Shown in pieces: positions 46,673-54,243 of a DNA stretch of 54,243 bases. Both the position numbers and the translations under genes were made by a program. Origin of the DNA: a virus (lineage: Duplodnaviria > Caudoviricetes); the IMG/VR virus record IMGVR_UViG_3300047275_000087, positions 1-54,243 of that record. One strand, given 5' to 3'. Position 1 is the stretch's first letter. Each line of letters starts with the position of its first letter. The notes beneath the pieces are model-generated. The model saw only the letters and a list, made by a program, of their open reading frames with translations, ran no database searches and had not been told where the DNA came from.

Positions 46673-47492
46673 TCTTATCTCCGTTGAATACACCGAACTT
46701 ACGGCGAATGTCAACGCTGTAGTTCGTGCATATCTTGTCGCACTCTTTCAGCACATCTGCAACGGAGATACTAGACTGGTAGTAGCCTGTGTGTACGGAC
46801 TTGACTATACCTTTCAGTAACTCAGTTGGACATTCTGAATCTCTGATTGAAGTGTATAGCATATCCTGCCACATGTCAGTATTCCAGTCGGGCATTTCCC
46901 AATCGTATCGGGAACGATGTTTGCTACGCTCTTGTGCTACTTCTTGAATGAGTGATTCAAGCACACCAAGTCGCCCTCGTACCTTTACTGCTTGCTTGAA
47001 TTTACGCAATGCACCTAGCCATTCCTTACGCTTTACTGGGTCAATACTATCGCTCAACTTTGGTCGTGCATTTATAGGTTCATAGGTATTCAAATCAAAC
47101 TGCAAACCATCGAACACTTCATAGCCTTCTACCTTACTGAAATAGTGCCACGCATAGTCATCAGGATGTTGTTGCTTGTACTCCTCGTACTGTGGTGTAG
47201 GCTTGACATGATACTTACCCATGCCTTGTCTGTGCCATGAGAATGGGATAGTCCGTTGTAGTGCTTGGCTTAGGGTCACACTAGAATTTCTTGCTTCCTG
47301 TGTGCTCAAGGTAAAGGTAAACTTATTGTCAGGTGAGAATACACCTACCCTAGTACTGCCATGTCGCAGTTCGTATGTATCACCAACCTTGAATATCCTT
47401 GCCCATGACATGACTGGTCTACCCTTGTCAGGGTTACGGCATCGGGTAAACCATTCAGCAACATCGTTGTAAGACATCTTATCTGTACGCAT
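46581..47492 (-). CDS. Hypothetical protein (303 aa)
   Basis: Long ORF with AAGGA SD. Confidence 0.75.
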   Translation of the reverse strand: MRTDKMSYNDVAEWFTRCRNPDKGRPVMSWARIFKVGDTYELRHGSTRVGVFSPDNKFTFTLSTQEARNSSVTLSQALQRTIPFSWHRQGMGKYHVKPTPQYEEYKQQHPDDYAWHYFSKVEGYEVFDGLQFDLNTYEPINARPKLSDSIDPVKRKEWLGALRKFKQAVKVRGRLGVLESLIQEVAQERSKHRSRYDWEMPDWNTDMWQDMLYTSIRDSECPTELLKGIVKSVHTGYYQSSISVADVLKECDKICTNYSVDIRRKFGVFNGDKNEVPDMRHKNDVPRHEVEQDRDTNKAKMEV

Positions 47493-47501
47493 ATCAATTC
47501 C

Positions 47502-48122
47502 TTATCGAGTCATTTTGTGGAAAGCAACTTGTGCGGTGAGGGCAGTCAGGTCTACATCTACCTTGACTTCTTTCTTCTCACGCTCAACAACTTGGCGGTG
47601 TCTCTCCTTGTACTCCTCAGGTATCAAGTCCCACAATGGTTGCCACATCTTGAGGGCAGGGGCTAGGGTTGCATGTGCCTCGATTACTTTCTTAACCGAT
47701 ATAACAAAGGCTTTCTTCTTATCTACTACCGATGCAATGTTGGCTCTGTATGCCTGTATCTCCTGCTCGATTTCCTCCCACTCATGACCTACCAACTCGT
47801 AGCCGTAGTAGTCCCTGCCCTTTGCAGGTACATCTTTGGGCAGGCTATGTGGTACTGGTCGCTCGGCGGTAAGTTTGCACTCCAATCCACCAACATCTTT
47901 GCCGTTGACTTTTGCCACCTTCATAGTTGTAGTGGTAGTGAAAAAGCACATGGGCAATGCGTTCATTGCAGGTATGTACTTACGATGGATAATTTCGTAA
48001 ATGCGGTCACCCCATGTGGCGTTGATGTTGCCTTGCGCCTCGTTGACTTGCTTGTCAAACATACGCTCTGCGTTTTTAACAATCGCATCCTGTAACTCTT
48101 TGCTGAATCTAACTGTAGCCAT
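47502..48122 (-). CDS. Hypothetical protein, possibly Nmad5-like (206 aa)
   Basis: AGGAG SD. C-terminal TL..ALKMW.PLWDLIP weakly resembles Nmad5; the family call is tentative. Confidence 0.6.
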   Translation of the reverse strand: MATVRFSKELQDAIVKNAERMFDKQVNEAQGNINATWGDRIYEIIHRKYIPAMNALPMCFFTTTTTMKVAKVNGKDVGGLECKLTAERPVPHSLPKDVPAKGRDYYGYELVGHEWEEIEQEIQAYRANIASVVDKKKAFVISVKKVIEAHATLAPALKMWQPLWDLIPEEYKERHRQVVEREKKEVKVDVDLTALTAQVAFHKMTR

Positions 48123-48123
48123 G

Positions 48124-48288
48124 TCACTCTCCTTCTTTGGTTAATATGTTCAATGCTTTCTTTGCTTGCTCTTGTACCTCGGGGATTCCATACATCTCTG
48201 TGTACTCTGAATCAGGTGCAAGTTGCTCTACGACAAACACAAGATTGTGTATTGCCATAACTACCAACTGCTTCTCATCACTCGTCAT
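48124..48288 (-). CDS. Hypothetical protein (54 aa; not in ORF track)
   Basis: GGAGG SD; MTSDEKQLVVMAIHNLVFVVEQLAPDSEY... fills the gap exactly. Confidence 0.6.
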   Translation of the reverse strand: MTSDEKQLVVMAIHNLVFVVEQLAPDSEYTEMYGIPEVQEQAKKALNILTKEGE

Positions 48289-48859
48289 CTTCTACCTCCT
48301 GTAAGTCATTAGCAATGATGGTTTCTACCACCGCTTCATCACTTGTTAAGTGGTCGTACTCCTTCTCCAATGTGCGATACAAGGTACGCATATGGTTCTT
48401 GAATAACTCCACGCTCTGCTTCTCAAAATCATCCATCTCTACATCCAGTTGCTTATCAAGGGCTTCCACAACTTGTTCATGGAAGTCGGTAGGTTTATCT
48501 AGCACATAGGCAAACAAGTCACAGTCAATATCAAACGATGTGCAATTCTCATGGTAGTAATGACCACGATGTTTGCACCTGAATGTGACTGAGCCACCAC
48601 TATCCAACAACTTGCGTATTGTTGGGTAGTCGGTAGGCTTGTAGTGTTTATCTAAGAATAGCCGAAGGTCACCTATCCTACCCTCGAAACAAGCACCATC
48701 ACCCTGAGAACAAAAGCCTGAGAAGTACATGTTGTCTACATCAATACCCACCTGTTCCATACTCAGTCGGTACTCGTTGTAGGTATACTCCCACCAGTCA
48801 TCATGTTCCACATTGATGTGGCGATACTTGTCTATCGTCCTTTCGGATACGGATACCAT
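48278..48859 (-). CDS. Acidic phage/MGE protein
   Basis: DWWE...YFSGFCSQGDGACF...LY..LE.EYD.LTSDE motif set; AAGGA SD before ATG 48859. Confidence 0.7.
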   Translation of the reverse strand: MVSVSERTIDKYRHINVEHDDWWEYTYNEYRLSMEQVGIDVDNMYFSGFCSQGDGACFEGRIGDLRLFLDKHYKPTDYPTIRKLLDSGGSVTFRCKHRGHYYHENCTSFDIDCDLFAYVLDKPTDFHEQVVEALDKQLDVEMDDFEKQSVELFKNHMRTLYRTLEKEYDHLTSDEAVVETIIANDLQEVEDDE

Positions 48860-49025
48860 CTTCAGTCCTTTCGATTTCAACCTGACCTGTTGCGACATCG
48901 TGCAGAATCATGGTCAGCATTTCCCCTGCACGATTAGACTTCTTGAGTTCGTGCCGCAGGTATGAGATGTATACACCCATACCTACAAACACAAACATCA
49001 CTATGAGTTCGGCGTATGTAATCAC
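48801..49025 (-). CDS. Small membrane-anchored protein
   Basis: N-terminal TM helix; GTGA overlap with the upstream stop. Confidence 0.55.
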   Translation of the reverse strand: MITYAELIVMFVFVGMGVYISYLRHELKKSNRAGEMLTMILHDVATGQVEIERTEDGIRIRKDDRQVSPHQCGT

Positions 49026-50179
49026 ATCAGCACCACTTCCCCGAATGGGGCAGTACCCTCATCCGTAGATACCCACAACACAGGGTAGGCAGGCTGTTCA
49101 CCGAAGTCGTTGCAACACAAGTCGGTCAGGAACACACAGGCTACTGGGTTGATGTCATGCTCTGCAAAGTACTCGAACACAGGGCTGAACGCAGTACCGC
49201 CACCGCCGTGTGGCTTGATGTCTAAGTCATCATCTCTGCCGTAGCACTCGTAGTGTGATACCTCACTATCGAAGTACACCACATGGATTTTAGTGGGGTT
49301 ACCATCCTCTTTGGCAGAGCGAATCTCTGCGGCAAACTGGTCGATAACTTCCTGAGTGATTGACCCTGAGCAGTCAACTGCAAAGGCTATCTCACCGAGG
49401 GACTCACCGCTTACGCTTGGTAGGTAGATACCCTGAGCCAAGAATCTGCGGTTGAACTTAGACCATGTGCGTTGGTCACTCTTGCACTTCTCCAAGAACT
49501 TGCGAAGCACATCACGCCAGTCAACCTTGGGCTTGAGGATTTCACCTACCAATCGCTCAAGTCCTGCTGACATTTTGCCCATCATCTTTGCGGCTTGTGC
49601 CGCTTGTGCTACTCGCACCTTCCACTCTGCTTCCTGTTGCGCTTGCTCGGCAGGGGTATCACCACCATCGTTGCAGTCATCGAGTGGGTCACCATGTCCG
49701 TTGTTGCCGTCATCGTCAGGTTCAGGCAGGATGTTGTAGATGCCGTCAGTTGTACCGCCACCTGCTTGATGGATGTTGTTGTCGAGCAGTCCACCCTGAG
49801 GCATCTTGCCAATCTTCTCATCGTCCAACAACTTGTTGATGACATAATCAGCGGCTTGATTCCACCGCTTGTGGTTACGCCCATTACGGCGGTAGGTATG
49901 TTCGAGCATGGGGTGTAGGCACTCATGCGCTACCAAGAACTTGCGTTCCTCATCGTTGAGACTGTCAACAAAGTGGGGGTTGTATCGGATGTTCTTGCCG
50001 TTGGTTGCCGCAGTCTTTACACCATAGTCAACAATGTAAGGTAAGTTCAATGCGACATTGCCAATGAACGGATGCTCAAGGACTAGGGCAGTCCTAGCCT
50101 TGGCAAGCAGTCGTTCAATACGCTTTTCCTCAGCGGGTGGCAGGTGCTCTACCACATCAGTCATCATCACGCTTGTCAT
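49022..50179 (-). CDS. DUF2201-type metallopeptidase + vWA domain protein
   Basis: TAATNG, HECLH (HExxH), WN.AADY.IN; vWA MIDAS DCSGS, GGGGT.F and FLTD. Confidence 0.88.
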   Translation of the reverse strand: MTSVMMTDVVEHLPPAEEKRIERLLAKARTALVLEHPFIGNVALNLPYIVDYGVKTAATNGKNIRYNPHFVDSLNDEERKFLVAHECLHPMLEHTYRRNGRNHKRWNQAADYVINKLLDDEKIGKMPQGGLLDNNIHQAGGGTTDGIYNILPEPDDDGNNGHGDPLDDCNDGGDTPAEQAQQEAEWKVRVAQAAQAAKMMGKMSAGLERLVGEILKPKVDWRDVLRKFLEKCKSDQRTWSKFNRRFLAQGIYLPSVSGESLGEIAFAVDCSGSITQEVIDQFAAEIRSAKEDGNPTKIHVVYFDSEVSHYECYGRDDDLDIKPHGGGGTAFSPVFEYFAEHDINPVACVFLTDLCCNDFGEQPAYPVLWVSTDEGTAPFGEVVLM

Positions 50180-50189
50180 AGGTATCTCC

Positions 50190-51044
50190 TTAGTGGTTCA
50201 TGAATACGGACATCTTGTCCATGATTGCCTTAGCCTCTGCCGCTTTGTCACGGCGTAGGTCAGGGTCATTGCGTAAAGCATCGGGGTGCTTGAGCAAGTT
50301 GGCTTCAACCTCAGAGCGTAGGGCTTCAAGGTTGGGGTCATCGGTAAAGTTGAGGCGTGTCAACATGTCGCATTGGTCACGCAGGTTGTCAACCAATGTG
50401 TCACGGAAGATAGCCTTGGGGTCAGCAAGTTTCTCTGCCATGTTCTTTACACGCTCGTACAGTCTATTCCATACCTCCTGCATAGCCTGCTGTTGTGCAT
50501 CCTTCACCCTTGCCTCAACATCTTGTTGGATGCGAGTCAGTTCATCACTAGCGATGGACACACGGAAGTCAGTAGCAGGTACAGGGAAGATTGCCATGTC
50601 CATCTTGAACTTCCTACCAATCTCACCCTCTGAGGGGTAGTCAGCATCGTTGTACATGCCGTTGAGTAGCCGTTGCGCATCCAGTTTCAACTGCGGATAG
50701 TGACGCTCGAAGTCATCGACAAGGTACTGCCATTCGCCTTTCTCCTTACGGAACTCAGTCACGAACTTGAGGTAGTTGGCAGAGGGCAACATCATCGTAC
50801 CCTCGATACCCCACGGCAATGTGTTCTCATAGAACTTGGTGCGAATGAGGGTTGACTTCTTGTGCACTCGGTCAAGTAAGTCATTCATGGGCAGTAGCAC
50901 CTTGTTGTACCGCCCTGCTGAGGTGCTTACACCATGTGAACTGGCAACATCTTGGGTTACCTTCTTGTCGTATTTGCGGGCAGTCCATTGGCTTATGGAT
51001 AACTGCACCAGTAATGCTCTGTCAGATAGATTCATAGTTGTCAC
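50190..51044 (-). CDS. Helical protein between ATPase and vWA genes (DUF3150-like, tentative)
   Basis: W.ARK.D, TLPW and DYP motifs; sits inside the ATPase/vWA cluster. Confidence 0.65.
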   Translation of the reverse strand: MTTMNLSDRALLVQLSISQWTARKYDKKVTQDVASSHGVSTSAGRYNKVLLPMNDLLDRVHKKSTLIRTKFYENTLPWGIEGTMMLPSANYLKFVTEFRKEKGEWQYLVDDFERHYPQLKLDAQRLLNGMYNDADYPSEGEIGRKFKMDMAIFPVPATDFRVSIASDELTRIQQDVEARVKDAQQQAMQEVWNRLYERVKNMAEKLADPKAIFRDTLVDNLRDQCDMLTRLNFTDDPNLEALRSEVEANLLKHPDALRNDPDLRRDKAAEAKAIMDKMSVFMNH

Positions 51045-51083
51045 TCCTTCTAATGGCGAGGGGCAGTTGCCCCTCTTGGTTAA

Positions 51084-52070
51084 TTAAAACAATACATCTT
51101 GGTGTTTGACCACCCACTTGTTGAACGCTTGAGTGTTGGCTAACTCAGGCTTCTTGCGACTTGCATAAGACACAGTAAGCACAGAGAAGTCAGCAGGCAT
51201 ACGCTCTGCATAGGTACAAACACGCTCAAAGTTGCTCTCAGTAGCACGCTCTGCGATAGCACCACTAAGCGCATACAAGGTAGCAGGGTCAGTCGGCACA
51301 TCCGAAGTAGTCGGGTTCATCAGTACCGCATCAGGGTTAGGCAACTTACGGAAGATACGCAGGAAACCTACGAACTCTGCCGCCGCACCTTCACCAACTG
51401 CACCCTTGAACGACTCGAACTCAGCATCAGCAGGGACAGTACCGAGCACATCGCTAACACCTTCAACCCATGAACGAGGCGTAGCATTTTGGTCACGCTG
51501 AGGGTCATAGTCATGTAGCAAGGCAGGGCGGAAACGAATGAACGAAACCAACTCAGGCTTTACATCGTTGTCAATAGCCCATGTAGTCCAGTCATCGAGA
51601 TGTGTGTCAAGTTCGTAGACAGTCTCACGATTACGCAGATGACCAAGCACTCGGTTAGCACCTGCTCGGTCTGCTTGTCGGTTACCTGTGGAGATAACCT
51701 GCCACCCATCAGGCATTGCTACGCCATGCAGGGTACGGGCTTGGCAGATGTTGGCTAGGACTTTCTGCAAGTCAGCGTTGGCTTGGTTGCGGTCATCGAA
51801 CAACAGGATACCCTGCTCAGGTGCTTTGCCCTTGACAGGAAACCAGTCAGGCAACTTGTAGTGCAGTTGGTCATCGCCATTGGGGAACAGGATACCGAAG
51901 TCCTCGACAAGCATGGTTGGCATGTGTCGTTCGATGCAGGGTACACCCAACTCCTCAGCAACTTGATGCACGATGGTTGTCTTACCACCACCGGGGCTAC
52001 CCTCAATACAGATGGTACGCTGAATGGGGAACAGAGATTTGATTGTGTCTTTAAGCAGAGTGGCTCGCAT
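51084..52070 (-). CDS. MoxR-like AAA+ ATPase
   Basis: Walker A GSPGGGKT, Walker B LLFDD, sensor TGNR, L.NR and TPRSW. AAGGA SD before ATG 52070. Confidence 0.88.
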   Translation of the reverse strand: MRATLLKDTIKSLFPIQRTICIEGSPGGGKTTIVHQVAEELGVPCIERHMPTMLVEDFGILFPNGDDQLHYKLPDWFPVKGKAPEQGILLFDDRNQANADLQKVLANICQARTLHGVAMPDGWQVISTGNRQADRAGANRVLGHLRNRETVYELDTHLDDWTTWAIDNDVKPELVSFIRFRPALLHDYDPQRDQNATPRSWVEGVSDVLGTVPADAEFESFKGAVGEGAAAEFVGFLRIFRKLPNPDAVLMNPTTSDVPTDPATLYALSGAIAERATESNFERVCTYAERMPADFSVLTVSYASRKKPELANTQAFNKWVVKHQDVLF

Positions 52071-52254
52071 TTTGATTTCCTTTGTAGTTACGATGGTCAA
52101 CGCCATAGGTTACGAAATAAACATTCACTTCCGATGTCAACTTACTGCGGTATCTGCGAGCAGAGTCCTTGTCAGCAAAGTACATCGGTTGATTGTTGTC
52201 CTCATTGCGGACAAGTTGTCCACGGCTATCACGGAGAGCGAATAGGCGCTTCAT
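52051..52254 (-). CDS. Hypothetical protein (67 aa)
   Basis: AAGGAG SD before ATG 52254 (MKRLFALRD...). Confidence 0.65.
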   Translation of the reverse strand: MKRLFALRDSRGQLVRNEDNNQPMYFADKDSARRYRSKLTSEVNVYFVTYGVDHRNYKGNQNASHSA

Positions 52255-52439
52255 TTGAAATACTCCTTCAATGTAAAGTTGTGGGTGAGAAAGACACATT
52301 CGTATTGATGCCTCACACCATTTGCATCAATATAGGTTTCGCCACACCCTGCAAACCATTCGATAAGCAAGAGGGCAAAAAGCGCTGAGAACAAAAGCAC
52401 CAGTAGTGCTTCAAGTAGTTTAGTAAGTAGTCGCTTCAT
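52251..52439 (-). CDS. Small membrane or lipoprotein-like protein
   Basis: Hydrophobic N-terminus ending FAGC; ATGA overlaps at both ends. Confidence 0.6.
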   Translation of the reverse strand: MKRLLTKLLEALLVLLFSALFALLLIEWFAGCGETYIDANGVRHQYECVFLTHNFTLKEYFK

Positions 52440-52552
52440 CGGAACAACCACCCACCGAGAGCACCAAGTAGTGCCCCGATAACTGTTCCGTAGATGAGAA
52501 GTTTGCCTTTGAGGATAAGGCGTTTCTGTTCCTCAGGAGGTTTGATAAACAT
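52436..52552 (-). CDS. Small membrane protein (38 aa; not in ORF track)
   Basis: MFIKPPEEQKRLILKGKLLIYGTVIGALLGALGGWLFR; AAGGA SD. Confidence 0.55.
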   Translation of the reverse strand: MFIKPPEEQKRLILKGKLLIYGTVIGALLGALGGWLFR

Positions 52553-52553
52553 G

Positions 52554-52766
52554 TCATGTTGTCCTTTTAGGATTAAGTTGTTTGAGGTAGTCGGGGTTGG
52601 TGATTAACTCATACCCCTGCTTGTTGTTACAGGCTACTGTAAACTTGCGTTGCTTGGCTACTTCCTCACCACAACGCAAGCATGTTGGTCTTGGCATGTA
52701 CCGCCGTTGAGGTTCTACCCTCACGGCGTAACAGTTGGTACAGATGGGTAAGTGGTAGTCTTCCAT
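52554..52766 (-). CDS. C4 zinc-finger protein
   Basis: CTNC...CLRC; TGATG coupling to the upstream gene. Confidence 0.7.
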   Translation of the reverse strand: MEDYHLPICTNCYAVRVEPQRRYMPRPTCLRCGEEVAKQRKFTVACNNKQGYELITNPDYLKQLNPKRTT

Positions 52767-52903
52767 CACAACCCCATGCTTGAAAGCACACGATTGTTAA
52801 TGTAAGCCAAAGCCAATGCTCGGGTACGGAACAACAAGGACTCGGTGTCTGTGTTGAACTTGACAATGTAGCCGTCAGATGTCTTACGAATAGTCCATTT
52901 CAT
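52766..52903 (-). CDS. Hypothetical protein (45 aa; not in ORF track)
   Basis: AGGAG SD; MKWTIRKTSDGYIVKFNTDTESLLFRTRALALAYINNRVLSSMGL. Confidence 0.6.
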   Translation of the reverse strand: MKWTIRKTSDGYIVKFNTDTESLLFRTRALALAYINNRVLSSMGL

Positions 52904-52929
52904 GATAATCTCCTATGAACATGTTGGGG

Positions 52930-52965
52930 AAAAGGGAAACAGGGCAGAGGGTTAGTCTGCCCTGT
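52930..52965 (-). terminator. Terminator-like hairpin after paralog B
   Basis: ACAGGGCAGA-CTAACCC-TCTGCCCTGT followed by TTCCCTTTT. Confidence 0.65.
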
Positions 52966-52970
52966 AAGGT

Positions 52971-53234
52971 TTAGAACAACTTGGTCTTAGTGACCATTGC
53001 TACTGCGCCGTCAGCCATGAGTTCTAAGCCGTCAAGCGTATCGCACTTGATGTACATAGCACCACCTGCTTGTGGAGGTGCTACAACACGGAAGGTACTG
53101 TTCTTTACACTACCACTAATGCCTTGTATCTCTAAGCCAGAGAATGTGCCGTTCTCATTGACCTTCTTTGCAGTCACCTTGATGGTGAAAGTTACAGGCT
53201 TAATCGACTTCTTCAATGTTGCTGTTGCTGTCAT
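52971..53234 (-). CDS. Beta-rich hypothetical early protein, paralog B (87 aa)
   Basis: AGGAG SD; paralog of 241-510. Confidence 0.85.
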   Translation of the reverse strand: MTATATLKKSIKPVTFTIKVTAKKVNENGTFSGLEIQGISGSVKNSTFRVVAPPQAGGAMYIKCDTLDGLELMADGAVAMVTKTKLF

Positions 53235-53300
53235 GATAACTCCTAAAGTTGATTGATTACATTACATACCTTGTCTTACTGCGTTGTTGCAGGGACACCC

Positions 53301-53334
53301 TCAGATTGCCACGCCCAGCGAAAAACGCAAACAC
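53301..53334 (-). promoter_or_regulatory. Putative early promoter for paralog B
   Basis: GTGTTTGCGT...TGGCAATCTGA, with the same length and ends as 596-629. Confidence 0.5.
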
Positions 53335-53409
53335 TTGCGTGGCGTGGGTTTGCGGGAGAGTGGGCGCTCACTTCGAGGGTCGAGCCATGTCTTGTAATTT
53401 TACAAGGTC

Positions 53410-53790
53410 ATGCAACAATCTACTCCGCGAGTAACAAGGTTTTTGTAATTAGTCAAACACTCAAAGTTAGATTGTTAGGAATTCCCTTATGAATCAACAA
53501 CTTATGGTGGAATAATCTAGATAATCTAAATAATCTGGTAAAGTTAGTGATTGGGAACATTACAACATACAGCCGCCTTCCTTTACTTTACAGGCTTAAA
53601 GTTAGTGTGAACAAAGGGCATATATATATTCTATAGATTATTTAGATTATTTAGATTGTTTACACTATCACTTGGTAAAGTTACTAGCAAAATCAATGGT
53701 TTACAGGCGTCAAGTTATGATGTAAGGTAATCTAAACTTTACAAATACAAGTACAAAAACCTAGATTGCCCTTAGATTATATGCGATACA
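53410..53790. repeat. AT-rich iteron region, putative replication origin
   Basis: Three tandem (A/G)ATAATCT(A/G) at 53511-53537 face three tandem TAGATT(A/G)TT at 53634-53660. Further single copies, a (TA)n run and no convincing ORF. Confidence 0.65.
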
Positions 53791-53847
53791 GCCTGATATG
53801 TCGTGGCTCAACCCCCCGGCGTATGGTTATATTATATATGTAAAGTT

Positions 53848-53878
53848 AAAAAAGAGAGGGAGGCTTTCGCCTCCGCTC
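53848..53878 (-). terminator. Intrinsic terminator
   Basis: GAGCGGAGGC-GAAA-GCCTCCCTCTC followed by TTTTTT. Confidence 0.75.
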
Positions 53879-53881
53879 CCA

Positions 53882-54043
53882 CTACTTCATGTTCCGCACT
53901 ATCCAGAGAGTCCAGACCGATTCCCACTTCGACATTCCTTCTTTTCTCAGTCTGTCGTATGCGAACCAGTATCCAGTCTCATGTACAACGCGCTTCACTG
54001 CCCACATATTCACATGGTTGATTTGCTCTGCGTAAAGTTCCAT
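53882..54043 (-). CDS. Trp-rich hypothetical early protein (53 aa; not in ORF track)
   Basis: GGAGA SD; MELYAEQINHVNMWAVKRVVHETGYWFAYDRLRKEGMSKWESVWTLWIVRNMK; flanked by two related hairpins. Confidence 0.65.
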   Translation of the reverse strand: MELYAEQINHVNMWAVKRVVHETGYWFAYDRLRKEGMSKWESVWTLWIVRNMK

Positions 54044-54116
54044 ATCATTCTCCAAGGTTAAGAGACGGAGCCTTTCGGCTCCGCTCTGGTTTACTTCTGC
54101 ACAATCCTGATTTGGT

Positions 54117-54243
54117 TTTCAGGGATTCCGTCTGCTACCAGTTCTTGTACAAACTGGACTGCATATCGGTCTCTCTTGAACCAGCGGAAGAAAATAGAAT
54201 CATTCTCTTGCCACTTTACACAGGACTGATTACGCTCTTGGAT
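54117..54243. repeat. Terminal direct repeat, copy 2
   Basis: Identical to 1-127. Confidence 0.95.

Noticed and set aside
53824-53851. Possible dif (XerC/D) site
   Set aside because: The XerD-like arm matches only 8 of 11 positions and the XerC arm about 4 of 11. It is better explained by the AAAGTTA motif in AT-rich DNA.
53798-54061. Plus-strand ORFs 53798-54061 and 53803-54021
   Set aside because: They run across terminator hairpins. The minus-strand ORF 53882-54043 has an SD and matches the orientation of its neighbours.
54117-54243. 127-nt terminal repeat as a biological DTR
   Set aside because: The length equals a common assembly k-mer and the repeat falls mid-ORF, so it indicates circularity rather than physical ends.

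Overview
The window is an apparently complete circular (or circularly permuted) genome of a tailed dsDNA phage of about 54.1 kb. The last 127 nt repeat the first 127 nt, and an ORF reads straight through the junction. Gene content is podovirus-like, with no tape measure or sheath gene and with large ejection proteins. The + strand arm (876-34868) encodes the terminase, portal, scaffold, capsid, adaptors, Gly-rich tail fibres, an embedded holin/M15 endolysin cassette, the tail nozzle, a transglycosylase ejection protein and a 2708-aa polyvalent protein. The - strand arm (34865-54116 plus 1-510) encodes a primase-helicase, an SSB-like protein, a SNF2 helicase, VRR-NUC, a Cas4-like nuclease, a family A DNA polymerase, DUF3310, a MoxR-AAA/vWA-metallopeptidase module and small early genes around an AT-rich iteron region. 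I recognised no integrase, parA/parB, RNA polymerase, tRNA or CRISPR array. The most striking unexplained signals are: (1) a host-chromosome-type parS site next to the terminase promoter in a phage without ParAB; (2) a cluster of beta-clamp-binding motifs (two QLSLF plus variants) in the giant ejected protein; (3) a mini-gene just upstream of polA that repeats the first 10 residues of PolA with synonymous changes; (4) a candidate sRNA carrying anti-Shine-Dalgarno sequences; (5) two paralogous promoter-gene-terminator modules flanking the putative origin. All family assignments come from motif recognition by eye, not from database searches.
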